Part shown: positions 7,730 to 19,000 of the stretch, piece by piece | How the letters are laid out: each line of letters begins with the position of its first letter | How positions within the stretch are numbered: the first letter of the stretch is position 1 | Position numbers and translations under genes: made by a program | Source: a virus | Taxonomy: Duplodnaviria; Heunggongvirae; Uroviricota; Caudoviricetes | Reading direction: 5' to 3' (one strand) | Virus record (IMG/VR): IMGVR_UViG_3300021363_000001 | Location: 13,622-77,621 of that record | Length of the DNA: 64,000 nucleotides | The notes under the pieces: generated by a model | Databases searched by the model: none | What the model was told of the DNA's origin: nothing | The model's input: only the letters and a program-made list of their open reading frames with translations

Positions 7730-10700
7730 ATGGCTAAAAAGTATTTAACTTTTCTTCTAGACTCTGTAAATTTTCTCCTTGGCATGAACAAGGATGATGA
7801 CTATCCTTTTAAAAAAAAGGAGCAGTATCTGCATGGATTAAATATTCGTCACGTCTCTCAATTCGGCAATACCGGCAGAGCAATACAAAACGTTCTTGGC
7901 AACAGGCATTCATTTGATATAGGCGTTGTCGTTGCAGCCGATAAGTTATTCCATATTCAGATGACGGCTCCTGCAACGCCACAGAATTATACCTGGGAGA
8001 TACGTGATGGCAACCAGAATGTGATGACCACGGTATCGCTGACTACCACTGCAAGCGATATAAACACAACGCTTACAAATGCAGTTGCAGCTTTTAATCT
8101 GGCTATGGCTGCGGTAACACCGACACAGACATTTGTAGTTGGATCGCAGACAACAGGATCAAGCACAGGGTATGTTTCTTTTTCAGTCACTACAATTCCT
8201 GGATGGGAGTATTATGTTGTAAGTACGGGCACTGATGTAAGCGCGGTTGAAGTTGTGGTTGAGGCAACGGATGCTTCAATGACAGGGGTGCCGGTTGTGA
8301 TCGGCAGTTATGATCTGCTTGGAGATTTATTTGTGTATAGCACTACTCAGGCTAATCTACCACAAACGTTTTCAGACATCGCATCTGTATCTAGTAGTGG
8401 TGGACAATACGAAATCACTACTACAAATGCGCATTCATTCACTGACCTGAGCGCCATTACCATTTCAGGAGTCACTGGCGTTGCGGCTCCAAACAATCTC
8501 AATGGCTACTGGATTATTAATGTCACATCATCCACAACATTTGTTTTGCTTGGATCATTATTCATTGTCGGTTCTGTTTTAACAAATGCTCAGTATACGG
8601 TCAACGTAAATGGTTATGGTGAAATAGGCATTGGTGTTGAAGATAACAACAGCGGTCTCTGGACGTACACGCGCCTGCTTGGAACCAAGGAATTAAATTT
8701 CAGAATCCAAAAACAGATTGATGTTTACCAGGAGCGCAATGCATTTTTGACCAGCTGCTATTTTACCGATGACTATAACCCACCCAGGGTATTTTATTAT
8801 AAAGGGCCGTTCATAACTGATGGAGCAATCCATGCGATAAATCCTTTGGGGCAGTATGCGTATGGTTCAATCAATCAGGAAACGTTGCTTACCGCTATTC
8901 AGACAAATGTAATTTTTACATTCACGCAGCAGCTGCAATCCGGAGGGGCTGTGCTTAGCGGTAACTGGAGATACGCAATTCGGTTTTTGACAGAGAGCCT
9001 GACAGCAACAGCCTGGACTGATCTGAGTAATCCGATTAATGTCTATACTCCAACAGATGTCTTTACAGACATCGCAAGTGCAGAGAACTTGTTTGGCGAT
9101 AACGAAAATACAACCACCTCTAAGATTAACGAATTTTTAATCTCAGGAATAATCCCTGGCTTGTTCAAATACGTAGAGCTTGCAGGAGTAAATTATTTAG
9201 ATACAACGCAAACATCTCAGATTATAAAACGCGATTTGCTGCTTGGTGGGAGCACGCAGATAATTCAGCATTTAGGAACCGAAACAGCAAGCACCGATCT
9301 TGATGCTGGTCAATTAAATTTTCAGCCGGTAAGCATTGCAACAGCAAAGAATATCAATGCTATAGATAACAGGTTGATTGTTTCAAACATCACAACTCTT
9401 GCCGATAAAGACTTCACGAATTTTTCGCGAAGCCTGACACATAAGTTAATTATCAAGACTCATGATGGTATCTTATCTCGATACGCTGGTGATTTAAGAA
9501 TTGGCGAGTATCAGCTGCCCGACAATGTTTATTCATTCGTTGGGTATATGCTCAATGAGACATATCGCTATGGAATAAAATTCAAATTAAAAGGCGGTGG
9601 GTATACTGAGATTTATTGGATTGACGACATCCGTTTTGACGATTATATTCAGGCTGGCGCTGCATTCAATCGCGGGAATCCTTTTGGCGACAATAGACGT
9701 GTAGTTGGTGGCTCACTGCCAAATATGGATTTAACCAATAATGACACCTCTGAGGTATACAACTTTGGAATCCAGTTTAGCAATATCAACTGGTTTTATA
9801 TTATTGATGGAGTACCACTTGCAAACATTGTCGAGGAGATCATCATTGAGCGCGTTGAGATGATTCCAAATTTCCGTGAAGTGTTGGGTAGGGGGATTGC
9901 AATATTAGGAAGTCAAGCACCTGCTTTTGGAATAGGGCCGGTACAAACACAAACCGTAACTGCAGCTATTCATACAAGAAATGCTGTAAGCATACTTACC
10001 GATCCATTTGTCGCTGGGCCAACTAAGAATATGGGTGATTATTTTGCAGCAACAGGATTGCGATTCGATAATCCTGTCGGCACGCCCACTACTCTTAACC
10101 CTGCATATCCAAATGGAAGTGTATCAACTCTTAATTTTCTGACAGGATCACTCTATATTCCTGACTGGTTATTTGGTGAATCCGATTGGTCATTTATTCC
10201 TGGAGATCAGATTGTAAATTTTGGTGCTCCACCAACCATTGATTACAGCGGGTTGACAGCGGTTGGCATTGGAGGCAATGCATTAAGCGCAGATGCAGAG
10301 TTCTATAATAATTATCGTGAGGTGAATGGACGCTGTACTGTTGGGTTTGGGCCAGGTGCGCAAGCGTTTTTTATTCCACTGAATGAGTCAATGTACGTTG
10401 GCACCGGTTCGATTGGGACATTTACAACAATAGCAAATACTACTTATTCAAAAAAATACGCTATTGCCACGACATTTCTTGGCTTCCCTTCTATTGAAGA
10501 GTCGGCACTTATGGATATGCCAGGCAGCCCGGTCTTTCTTTCATCAGCTGCACTGGTATCAGGTACAATATTCTCAAGTGATTTTTCCATTCGCATGGTT
10601 GAAATTTACCGTCCTAAAAATAATAAGTTCGGTGATATAGCCAATAGTAAATATATTCCTACTGGCCATTCGTTAAAATTTAACAGGACAGCATTGGTTG

Positions 10701-12301
10701 ATACTGATGTTTGGGGTGGCGATGTAATGTCACAGAAAACATGGCTCTTACATAAGCAAACAACTGAATATTTAATAAACCAAGGGGCCGATCCTGCAAC
10801 ATGGCTCCAGTCTGGATTGTGTGGTGGCTTATCGTTTTATTCTCAAAATCATGTTAACTCAGAAATGATTAACAGGAATGATTCTGGCAAAGGATATAAG
10901 TACCCAAAAATTTCTGAGATCGAATGGATGAATGGAATTGCAACAAATGCTTTTGATGTGGCTTACAATCATGGCTATGATATTCGTAATCAAATAAACA
11001 GCGACATCGCTTTTGACCCGAACAGCATTCGCACCAATGATCTGTCAACGCGCGCCTACTACAGTGACCTCAAGCCAATAGATAGCGTTCAGGACAACTA
11101 CCGCGTGATCCTGCCCCTCAACTTCCATGACCTGGACTTGAGTGCTGGAGAAATCATGCATCACGTAAATCTCAACGGTGAGCTTTTCACATGGCAGGTG
11201 AGAAAATTACAGCGCCAGTATTTCAATACCCGTGGTCAATTACAAACTACCAATAACCTGAGTATTGTCATCGGTGATGGATCGGTATTAACAAGGGACG
11301 GCCAGACAATCAGCGTCATCGGGACAACTCATAAGTGGAGCGTGATACGCGGCAAGAGTCAAGGAGGCAATGATGTGTTCTACTGGATCAACACTGAATT
11401 AAAAAAAGCATGCAGAATCGCTCTTGACGGCACGGTATCTCTGGCAGACATCGAAGGCATGCAAAGTTTTTTTGCAAATAACCTGCGCTGGGTATCTACG
11501 CATGACAACCCGGCCAGCGGCCAGGGGATTGCTGGAGTATGGGATGACAGGAATTTTGAAGCGCTCTGGACGATGCGCGGCCACAAGAATGTATCAGAAT
11601 GGAATTCGGTTATACCATATTCGGTTGGCAGCGTTGTTTCATATGCGCCAACGGTGTTCAGCACATATGAGCAGACCGGTGAGCTATACATCTCTTTGGT
11701 GAATACCAATGTAGGCCACAATCCTCAAACATCTACTACGCAATGGCAGCTCATTCCACATACGGACAATAATTACTATAACGAATACACCATTGCTTTC
11801 AATGAGCAGAAAAATCAATTCACGACCTTCTATACTTTCAAGCCAACGATTTATTTAAAGTATAAAGATGTTTTCCTTAGCCCTGATCCGCAAGCGCCAA
11901 ACACAATTTACCTGCACAACATCGGTGGCTACTGCCAGTGGTACAATGGGAATAATGAAGATGGCCACCTGACCCTTGTTTACAGCGGGGATAACAATAT
12001 GGTTAAGATGCTGCATGCATTGCTTGTTGGCGTGAAGCCGGCTCCTACACGAATAGACATCTCAACACAGGATCACCACACATTTATGCTTACCAGCGAT
12101 TTTGACGACATGAACGGGAACTGGGTGTGTGGGATCAAGAATGACACATTAACTTCTGGAACAGGCTCAACAGAAGACGACACCAGTAAGCTCTGGGGAC
12201 AGTATGCATTAATTGACATAACATTCCAACAAGGAGTGCTGCAGGTTGTGAATAGCGTAATATTAAAATTTGCACCGGTAACAAGAGACTATAGATCATG
12301 A
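7730..12301 (+). CDS. giant virion protein (1523 aa), Thr/Ser/Asn-rich, putative tail/receptor-binding or decoration protein
   Basis: Uninterrupted 4.6 kb ORF with T/S/N-rich beta-like segments. Confidence 0.6.
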   Translation: MAKKYLTFLLDSVNFLLGMNKDDDYPFKKKEQYLHGLNIRHVSQFGNTGRAIQNVLGNRHSFDIGVVVAADKLFHIQMTAPATPQNYTWEIRDGNQNVMTTVSLTTTASDINTTLTNAVAAFNLAMAAVTPTQTFVVGSQTTGSSTGYVSFSVTTIPGWEYYVVSTGTDVSAVEVVVEATDASMTGVPVVIGSYDLLGDLFVYSTTQANLPQTFSDIASVSSSGGQYEITTTNAHSFTDLSAITISGVTGVAAPNNLNGYWIINVTSSTTFVLLGSLFIVGSVLTNAQYTVNVNGYGEIGIGVEDNNSGLWTYTRLLGTKELNFRIQKQIDVYQERNAFLTSCYFTDDYNPPRVFYYKGPFITDGAIHAINPLGQYAYGSINQETLLTAIQTNVIFTFTQQLQSGGAVLSGNWRYAIRFLTESLTATAWTDLSNPINVYTPTDVFTDIASAENLFGDNENTTTSKINEFLISGIIPGLFKYVELAGVNYLDTTQTSQIIKRDLLLGGSTQIIQHLGTETASTDLDAGQLNFQPVSIATAKNINAIDNRLIVSNITTLADKDFTNFSRSLTHKLIIKTHDGILSRYAGDLRIGEYQLPDNVYSFVGYMLNETYRYGIKFKLKGGGYTEIYWIDDIRFDDYIQAGAAFNRGNPFGDNRRVVGGSLPNMDLTNNDTSEVYNFGIQFSNINWFYIIDGVPLANIVEEIIIERVEMIPNFREVLGRGIAILGSQAPAFGIGPVQTQTVTAAIHTRNAVSILTDPFVAGPTKNMGDYFAATGLRFDNPVGTPTTLNPAYPNGSVSTLNFLTGSLYIPDWLFGESDWSFIPGDQIVNFGAPPTIDYSGLTAVGIGGNALSADAEFYNNYREVNGRCTVGFGPGAQAFFIPLNESMYVGTGSIGTFTTIANTTYSKKYAIATTFLGFPSIEESALMDMPGSPVFLSSAALVSGTIFSSDFSIRMVEIYRPKNNKFGDIANSKYIPTGHSLKFNRTALVDTDVWGGDVMSQKTWLLHKQTTEYLINQGADPATWLQSGLCGGLSFYSQNHVNSEMINRNDSGKGYKYPKISEIEWMNGIATNAFDVAYNHGYDIRNQINSDIAFDPNSIRTNDLSTRAYYSDLKPIDSVQDNYRVILPLNFHDLDLSAGEIMHHVNLNGELFTWQVRKLQRQYFNTRGQLQTTNNLSIVIGDGSVLTRDGQTISVIGTTHKWSVIRGKSQGGNDVFYWINTELKKACRIALDGTVSLADIEGMQSFFANNLRWVSTHDNPASGQGIAGVWDDRNFEALWTMRGHKNVSEWNSVIPYSVGSVVSYAPTVFSTYEQTGELYISLVNTNVGHNPQTSTTQWQLIPHTDNNYYNEYTIAFNEQKNQFTTFYTFKPTIYLKYKDVFLSPDPQAPNTIYLHNIGGYCQWYNGNNEDGHLTLVYSGDNNMVKMLHALLVGVKPAPTRIDISTQDHHTFMLTSDFDDMNGNWVCGIKNDTLTSGTGSTEDDTSKLWGQYALIDITFQQGVLQVVNSVILKFAPVTRDYRS

Positions 12302-12819
12302 TAGTAGTAACAGGTGCGCCACGCACCGGGACATCGTTATTGATGCAGACCCTTGACCGACTCGGTATCCTGGTGGCAGCTCCTGCGTTTCTGCCTCAGC
12401 ATTATTTCATGAAGCAGTTTAATCCAGGCGGGTTCTATGAGTTCGCCAGCGAGGATGGAATAGAAGATCACCAGTACAAGGGGAAAGCAGTGAAGCTCTT
12501 TGGTGGCCAGCTGGTGAGAACGCCAAAGGAATTCATTAAAAAGCTGATTTGGGTACAGCGCGACAGGAAAAAGGCAATAGAGAGTTATGAGAAAATCCGC
12601 AGCTACCTACCATATGCGGGATTTACCTCAGAACAGATTTATGACGCCAATGTGGACTGTATCAGACTGTATAACTTTCCGGATCGAGCTACATTTCAGC
12701 TGGAGAAAATTCAGGCACATCCTGATATATTTATCCTGGACTTGATTAGTTATTTAGAAATTAACCCAACAGCAGCACAGGTAGAGGCTGCAGAAAAAAA
12801 TATAATAAAATGGAGTTGA
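12298..12819 (+). CDS. sulfotransferase-like P-loop protein
   Basis: N-terminal GAPRTGTSLL resembles the PAPS 5'-phosphosulfate-binding motif (PKSGTT-like); VQRDRKKAIESY resembles the 3'-phosphate-binding RDPRD..S motif. Confidence 0.45.
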   Translation: MIVVTGAPRTGTSLLMQTLDRLGILVAAPAFLPQHYFMKQFNPGGFYEFASEDGIEDHQYKGKAVKLFGGQLVRTPKEFIKKLIWVQRDRKKAIESYEKIRSYLPYAGFTSEQIYDANVDCIRLYNFPDRATFQLEKIQAHPDIFILDLISYLEINPTAAQVEAAEKNIIKWS

Positions 12820-13367
12820 GGAGTAAGATCATTGATGGATTTCCTGATTACCGCATCTATGAAGATGGGAGGGTGCAGAATATGAGAACTGGGAATTATA
12901 TAAAGCAAAGAATAACTAAGGGTTATCCGAATTTTCAGTTATTTGAGGATACCCACAGGTGGGCCAGAACACGAACCGTACACCGTTTATTAGCTATTGC
13001 TTTCATTCCGAATCCAGAAAACAAACCAGAGGTAAATCATATCAATGGCATCAAAGCCGACTTCGGGTTAGAAAATCTTGAATGGGTGACCTGTAGAGAA
13101 AATATAATTCACGCTATAGGTCTTGGGCTAATGAAGCCGACAAATAATTTGCGAATGCTTTCGCTTGAAGAGTGTAGAAAATATTCTGCGCGTGCGCGTG
13201 AGAAGAACAGGAAAAAAGTAGTTGATATTAAAACAAAAACCATATTCCCATCCATTGCCGTTGCTGCAGATTTGTACGGATACGCGAATAGAACACTATG
13301 TAGTTGGTTAGACGGGAGGAGCCCAAATAAAAGTAATTTAAGATTATTAAACACTGTAAATCAATAA
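12810..13367 (+). CDS. HNH homing endonuclease
   Basis: VNHINGIKADFGLENLEWVTCRENIIHA (HNH_3-type H-N-H motif). Confidence 0.6.
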   Translation: MELRSKIIDGFPDYRIYEDGRVQNMRTGNYIKQRITKGYPNFQLFEDTHRWARTRTVHRLLAIAFIPNPENKPEVNHINGIKADFGLENLEWVTCRENIIHAIGLGLMKPTNNLRMLSLEECRKYSARAREKNRKKVVDIKTKTIFPSIAVAADLYGYANRTLCSWLDGRSPNKSNLRLLNTVNQ

Positions 13368-13370
13368 GAT

Positions 13371-14141
13371 ATGCCCGTTGCCGCCATCGCTGCCGTTACA
13401 GCCATTGCTTCTTTGGCCTACTCAGCGCACAAAGATTCAGAGGCAGAAAAAGGAATCAAAAAGCTGGAGTCTCAACAGTTCCCTCGTTATGCCGTTACCC
13501 CAGAACTAAAAAGCGCATATGACCGTTCTGAGCAAATGGCCAAGTATGGTTATACTCCATCTGAGAGTGCCGCATTCAAAAATAATTTAACCAGGGCAAA
13601 CAACCTGAGCTATCAACGTGCCACTGACAGTGCCGGAGGAAATCTTGCATCAGCTATCAATCGTGGTATTCAAAGCAATAACATTGGAGCCCTCAATCAA
13701 TTTGCCGGTGCCGATGCAGGGCTCAAACGACAGAATATAAAATATGCCGACACGCTGGCGCAAGCAATGCAGCACCAACAGAACCTTGCAACACAGGCTG
13801 ACATTTCTCATCGTGTGATGCTTGAACAGGCATACGGAAGAGCGAAGAGTGACGCTGAAATGAATATGGTGAATTCCGGGATGGCTCTTGGTAATGCAGC
13901 CGCATATGGTGCGTCAAACAATCAGAATTTTGACGCACGCAATGCAGGGAATTCCATGCAGACTATGCCGCGCACTACAGGCGGTACACCGCAGAGCTAC
14001 ATGAATCAGGCTTATCCGAGCCTGGGGCAAAGTTATGTTCCAAATACATTACCAGCATACGGCAGCCCAGCACCGACAACAGATTACAGCTCTCCTGGAA
14101 TTTACAGGGATGCAAATATTGATGCATACGATTTTAAATAA
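13371..14141 (+). CDS. hypothetical virion protein (Ala/Asn/Gln-rich)
   Basis: ORF 256 aa in late block. Confidence 0.45.
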   Translation: MPVAAIAAVTAIASLAYSAHKDSEAEKGIKKLESQQFPRYAVTPELKSAYDRSEQMAKYGYTPSESAAFKNNLTRANNLSYQRATDSAGGNLASAINRGIQSNNIGALNQFAGADAGLKRQNIKYADTLAQAMQHQQNLATQADISHRVMLEQAYGRAKSDAEMNMVNSGMALGNAAAYGASNNQNFDARNAGNSMQTMPRTTGGTPQSYMNQAYPSLGQSYVPNTLPAYGSPAPTTDYSSPGIYRDANIDAYDFK

Positions 14142-14156
14142 AAATATTTTTAACAA

Positions 14157-16055
14157 ATGGCAGACCCAGAGGGCGTAAGCTTAGGAGAAGGCATCGGCCT
14201 ACAAGGACGTTATGATATTCGTGGTGGAGTAAAGGACATACTTCACAATGACGAAATACGTCTCAGGCGTAAGGCTGCAGCTGACAAAGCGGCCCAGGCG
14301 CAGAAGGACAAGAACGATGACTTTCTTTATAAATCAAAGAAGGACATTTATATTGATCCTAAGCTGTATCATCGTGCGCTGCTTCCGGATGCATATAAGG
14401 TGACCAATGAAGCCTGGGACAAGGTAGTTCACAGCGCACAGGAAAATCCCAATAACTATAAATACGAAGCCATGAGTACGCTCAGGGATGCAGCCGAACA
14501 GCTTGGCGCTATCCGCAAGCAAAGTGAGAACTGGACTGATGCAGAAAAAAAACTTGGTGCCGCCAATGTATTACAGACCGCTCCGCAGCAAGATTTCTAT
14601 AACCGGTTACGCAGCGGAAGTAAAGAAGATATTCTTGCTGCACAGAATGATCCAATGGGAACAATCAACCGTGGCGAAGACGGAGCTATCAATGTCGGCT
14701 ACACGATTCCAAAAGGCGTAAAGGTTGATCAGGATGTACAGAAGATATTCAAAGACGCCACTGCTGCCAACTTCCCGGTGATGATGCAGCTCAAGCAGAT
14801 GGGGAACACAAGACTCATCGCAGAGGTGCAAAGCATTCCCGAAACAGAAGCTGAGGCGCAGAAGGTATCACAGGATGTCTCTCAGGCTCTTGGTGTACCA
14901 TGGAGCACACCAAGTAAAGAAGCATTACTCAAAGGATATTTTGATACACGTCCGGATGTACAGGCTGTACACCGTGAAGATATTCGTCCTGATATTCTCA
15001 GTGGCCAAAATCCAGGTTTTGATCCTGAGAATCCAGATGATGTTTTTGCAAAATCATTCTTTCCTAAATACAAAGATTTGGGTGGTAACAGAACAAAGAT
15101 TCTTGCACGCACCATACCGGCTCCCACAGCAGCTGAACGCAAAAAGAAAAACTACGGATGGGATGGTGATGAGTGGAACAACTCACGTTTCGCTGTTCGT
15201 CCTACGGCGCAAAACGAAGGCGGCGTGATGAAAGAGGGCTCCGGATTTGAAGTACAGGATTTGACAGCAAACGAGAATTCATTCAAGGAAGTATGGAAGG
15301 CTCCGTATGCATTGAATTCTGAATCCGGAAAGCAAAGTAAAAGTTTTTCTGGAGAAATTCAAGGAGCGTTCACTGGCGTCACCATCCGCCGCAATCCAAA
15401 GACGGACAAGATGGAGTATTACGCTAAGATCACTGAGCCGTCCATCAGCGCACCCACTACAACACAGTCGCAGCCAATCGCTCCTGTTGATGGCAAGTAT
15501 GTAACTACGCGCGAAATATCTCCAGCTACAATTCCACCACGCACGCAGCTCATTCCATATGAAGATGTGAAAGGGAAAGTTGAGGCGTACACTGCCGGCA
15601 AAGATGCTGAAGGTGGATTCAAATTAAGACCTGAAGATTACCAGCGCCTGGATGAAATCAATAAGAAGATCACAAAAAAAGGATCATCAACTACAAATTT
15701 TGAACAACGCATTCAGAATCCGGAACTCAAAATTCAAAATAAGGATGGCTCATTCTCCACTCATAAGATGATGAGTTTTGAAGCTGATGGAAAATATTAT
15801 GCTGCTCCAACAATAGTTGAGAAAGATGGTAAGCTGGTTGAGTTGAGTAAAAAGGATGCTGTTCAATATGCATTGAAGAATAAGGAGTACAAGGAATTCA
15901 AAACAGAAAAGGCTTCTCAGCAGTATGCAGAAGGAGGATATAAGAAAGGGACTCCGCTTGAAAAATCTGTTTCCAAAAGAATGTATAGTGCATCACGCAA
16001 CAAGACAAAAATTATTTATTCTGACGGATCAGAAGAAATTATAGATGGCAAATAA
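14157..16055 (+). CDS. hypothetical virion protein (632 aa)
   Basis: Long ORF immediately upstream of, and overlapping, the 1749-aa gene. Confidence 0.5.
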   Translation: MADPEGVSLGEGIGLQGRYDIRGGVKDILHNDEIRLRRKAAADKAAQAQKDKNDDFLYKSKKDIYIDPKLYHRALLPDAYKVTNEAWDKVVHSAQENPNNYKYEAMSTLRDAAEQLGAIRKQSENWTDAEKKLGAANVLQTAPQQDFYNRLRSGSKEDILAAQNDPMGTINRGEDGAINVGYTIPKGVKVDQDVQKIFKDATAANFPVMMQLKQMGNTRLIAEVQSIPETEAEAQKVSQDVSQALGVPWSTPSKEALLKGYFDTRPDVQAVHREDIRPDILSGQNPGFDPENPDDVFAKSFFPKYKDLGGNRTKILARTIPAPTAAERKKKNYGWDGDEWNNSRFAVRPTAQNEGGVMKEGSGFEVQDLTANENSFKEVWKAPYALNSESGKQSKSFSGEIQGAFTGVTIRRNPKTDKMEYYAKITEPSISAPTTTQSQPIAPVDGKYVTTREISPATIPPRTQLIPYEDVKGKVEAYTAGKDAEGGFKLRPEDYQRLDEINKKITKKGSSTTNFEQRIQNPELKIQNKDGSFSTHKMMSFEADGKYYAAPTIVEKDGKLVELSKKDAVQYALKNKEYKEFKTEKASQQYAEGGYKKGTPLEKSVSKRMYSASRNKTKIIYSDGSEEIIDGK

Positions 16056-19000
16056 AAAAGAACAAGACGACTGGGTTGAGGTTCCTGTAGCAAAGGATAC
16101 TGAAGACTGGGTAGAGGTTCCAATAGAACAAAAAAAAAGTTCAGATGGCAGCGCAGGTACTCAATCTTCGGCTACAGAATCATCATCACCATCAGCAGAA
16201 ATTCCTGAAGTAACTGTTGATCAGAATGACAATATCGCTCCTGCAGACCAGTTGATCAAGAGCGACCAGACTCCTTATGGCCTCACCCAAGAGGATGGAA
16301 AGGTTACTGGCGTAGTTGATCACCGTAAAGAAGAGCTGGATCAGCTGAAGAAAAAAACACTTGACATCTTTGGCGGCAATCCTATTTTTGATAACCCGCG
16401 CAATCGCGACATCTATTATAATGCGCTATTAAAAAAATATACGCCAAAGGAAGTAGATGAAATAATTGGTGATGATCGCTGGCAGTCTCCCGGTGTTACC
16501 ATCGGTGCTATCCCAGCTCAGCCAGCGCGCAGGAATCCCGCCAATGGCCAGGTGCAGATGGAAGACCTGAGTAAGGCCGTTCCCCCACTCCATCGTTACC
16601 TGGAATCTGTTGGTGGTGGCATCAAGCATGGCATAGAGGGATTTAAGGCTCTTCCGGAAGTATACGAGAAGGAAGGCTTGGCATCAGCTGCATTACAGAC
16701 AATCGTTGCTACAGGAACTACAGCGCTTTCTGCCGGGGCCGCAGTTGTTCCAACGTTGGCGGGATTCACTGTAGCCACAAACGAAATCATTAATCGTCAT
16801 CCAGAAGCGGCAAAAGCGTTCACGCTTTTTCAGGATCAGCTGACAAAGACATATACTGATGCTGGCAAAGAGCCACCGGCATGGGTGAAGAATACCGGGG
16901 AGGTTGTTGATTTTCTATGGCAAGCAGCTGTGCTTGGAGAAGCTAAATACGGTTACGATAAATTCGTTCAGAAGAAAAATTGGACGCCAAAAGATATTAA
17001 TGATCTGCATGACCAGACGCAGCCTAAAAATACTCCGGCAGTTCAGAAGCTAATTGACGAGCATTCTTCTTTAGAGAAGGACGTGAGTAATGTTCCACCG
17101 GAGGTGCAGCCAATGTTACAAGAACAAATGGCAGCAGTGAAGGAGAAGATCACAAAAAAACAGGATGAGGCTACCAATACAAATGTAGAACAGGCGGCTA
17201 CACAGGCCATGGTTAATACCATGGAACAAGCCAAAGCCAGCGCTACTACAGATGCGGCAAAGAAAGTATTCGATGACAAAATAAAAGAACTTAAACCTGA
17301 AACTCCGCAGGTGAAACCGGAGCCAACAGAAAAACCAAAACAAGATGCCACTGAAAAAGTCAACCAGCAAGAAAGCGTTCAGCCAGAACGTGAAAGCGGA
17401 AATGTCAGCGGGGAAACCGAAGAAGCAAGCAGTAGCGATAGCGTACAGCGTGCAGAAGAAGGTAAAGAAAAAGTAACCGATACTGCAGTGGGTGGTGAGC
17501 CTGAACACCAGAGCGAATCCAAAGTGGAGCCACCTGCTGTTTCTATTCCATCGCCAGAAAAAATTAAGGCGGTTGCAAAAAAGGCAAAAGTCAGCGCTGA
17601 GAAAAAAGCCGATGGAGCAACGCTGAAAGAACAGAAGAATAATTTATTGTCACAAGTCGGTGAAGTCATTGGTCATGCCAAAGGCAAGTCAAAAAATCCG
17701 CTTGAAAAAGTAATGCAAGATGAAGCGTCCAGAAAAGATGCTATAGCAAAAATTAAGAAAGCTGGTTACCAGGTGAGCGATGATGGCATTGTAACGTTCG
17801 ATGTGAAGGATGACGGAACATTCAAATTAAATCTTGATGGCCTTGAGCATGCCAGCGAACAAATTAAAAAGCATTTTCCTACAAGCCAGGTTCATATTCC
17901 AAAGATAGAAGGCGTTAGGCGTTCTGGAGCTGGAAAGTTAAAACCAGACACTTCTGTTTTATATACAAAGACGATTCCTGAAGCACAGCGCTTCTATGAT
18001 GATGCAAAAGAAAATCTTGCCACAGCAAAAAATAGCGGCAACAAACCGCTGATTGATCATTTCAGAAATGAAGCCGTCAGAGCTAAAAATCATCTGGAGG
18101 AATTGCAAATAGAGGAGAATGTTGAATCTGAAAAGGCTGTTGTTCATACAAGCGAAGTGCCAACTTCAGAAAAGCGGTTTATTAACGTAGGCAATGTAGA
18201 CTTTGAACAAGTCAATGGTGAGCCGTTTAAAAACGATGAAGGTATTGATGTGTTTACCCACAAAGATGAAAACGGGAACCTCATTCTCACTGAAGGAAGA
18301 ACTGGAATGGAGATAGCTAGAGGCGAAGACATGAAGGCGGTGAAAAAAAGATATTCTGAAATTGTCAAAAAGCATGGCGTTGATGAAATGAAGGTGATCA
18401 TTTCTCAATCAGAAAATAGACACGGCACTTCACCACGTTACGCACCTGTTAAGGAAGAGAAAAAAGAGGAGACAAAAAAAGAGAAGGCGAAAAGTAAGGT
18501 TGACGACATCCTTGATTCACTCGACCAGGCAAAAGTTGACACCAAAAATAAAGTCTTCGATGCTGTGCTTGGTATTGCTGCCAAGACCTGGAATGCAGCC
18601 ATTGAAATAATCAAGGCTGCCATTAAAGGAGGCGCGAAATTGCATGAAGCAATAAAAAAAGGATTGGAATATCTGCGTGCTGAGCACGGAACATTCGATG
18701 AACCACTTGTCAAAGAAAAGATAAAAGATGTAATTAAGAAAAAGCCATCTCCTGAATCTCTTGGCTTCATGCATGAGAAGCATATTGTCAATGCGGTGAA
18801 TAAGTATATGCGCAAGAATTACAGTGACTACGAATCCATCCCACGCAAAGAAGTCGCTGACATGCTGCGCAGACGCAAGGCTGCAAGTCCGGAGGCAAAA
18901 CTGGAGGAGCAGATCAATGAAGTGACAAGTAAAAAACAAACGCTCAAAGAAAAGTTTGATGCTGCCATTGACCTTGCAAAAAAAATTGAGATCGTTGATC

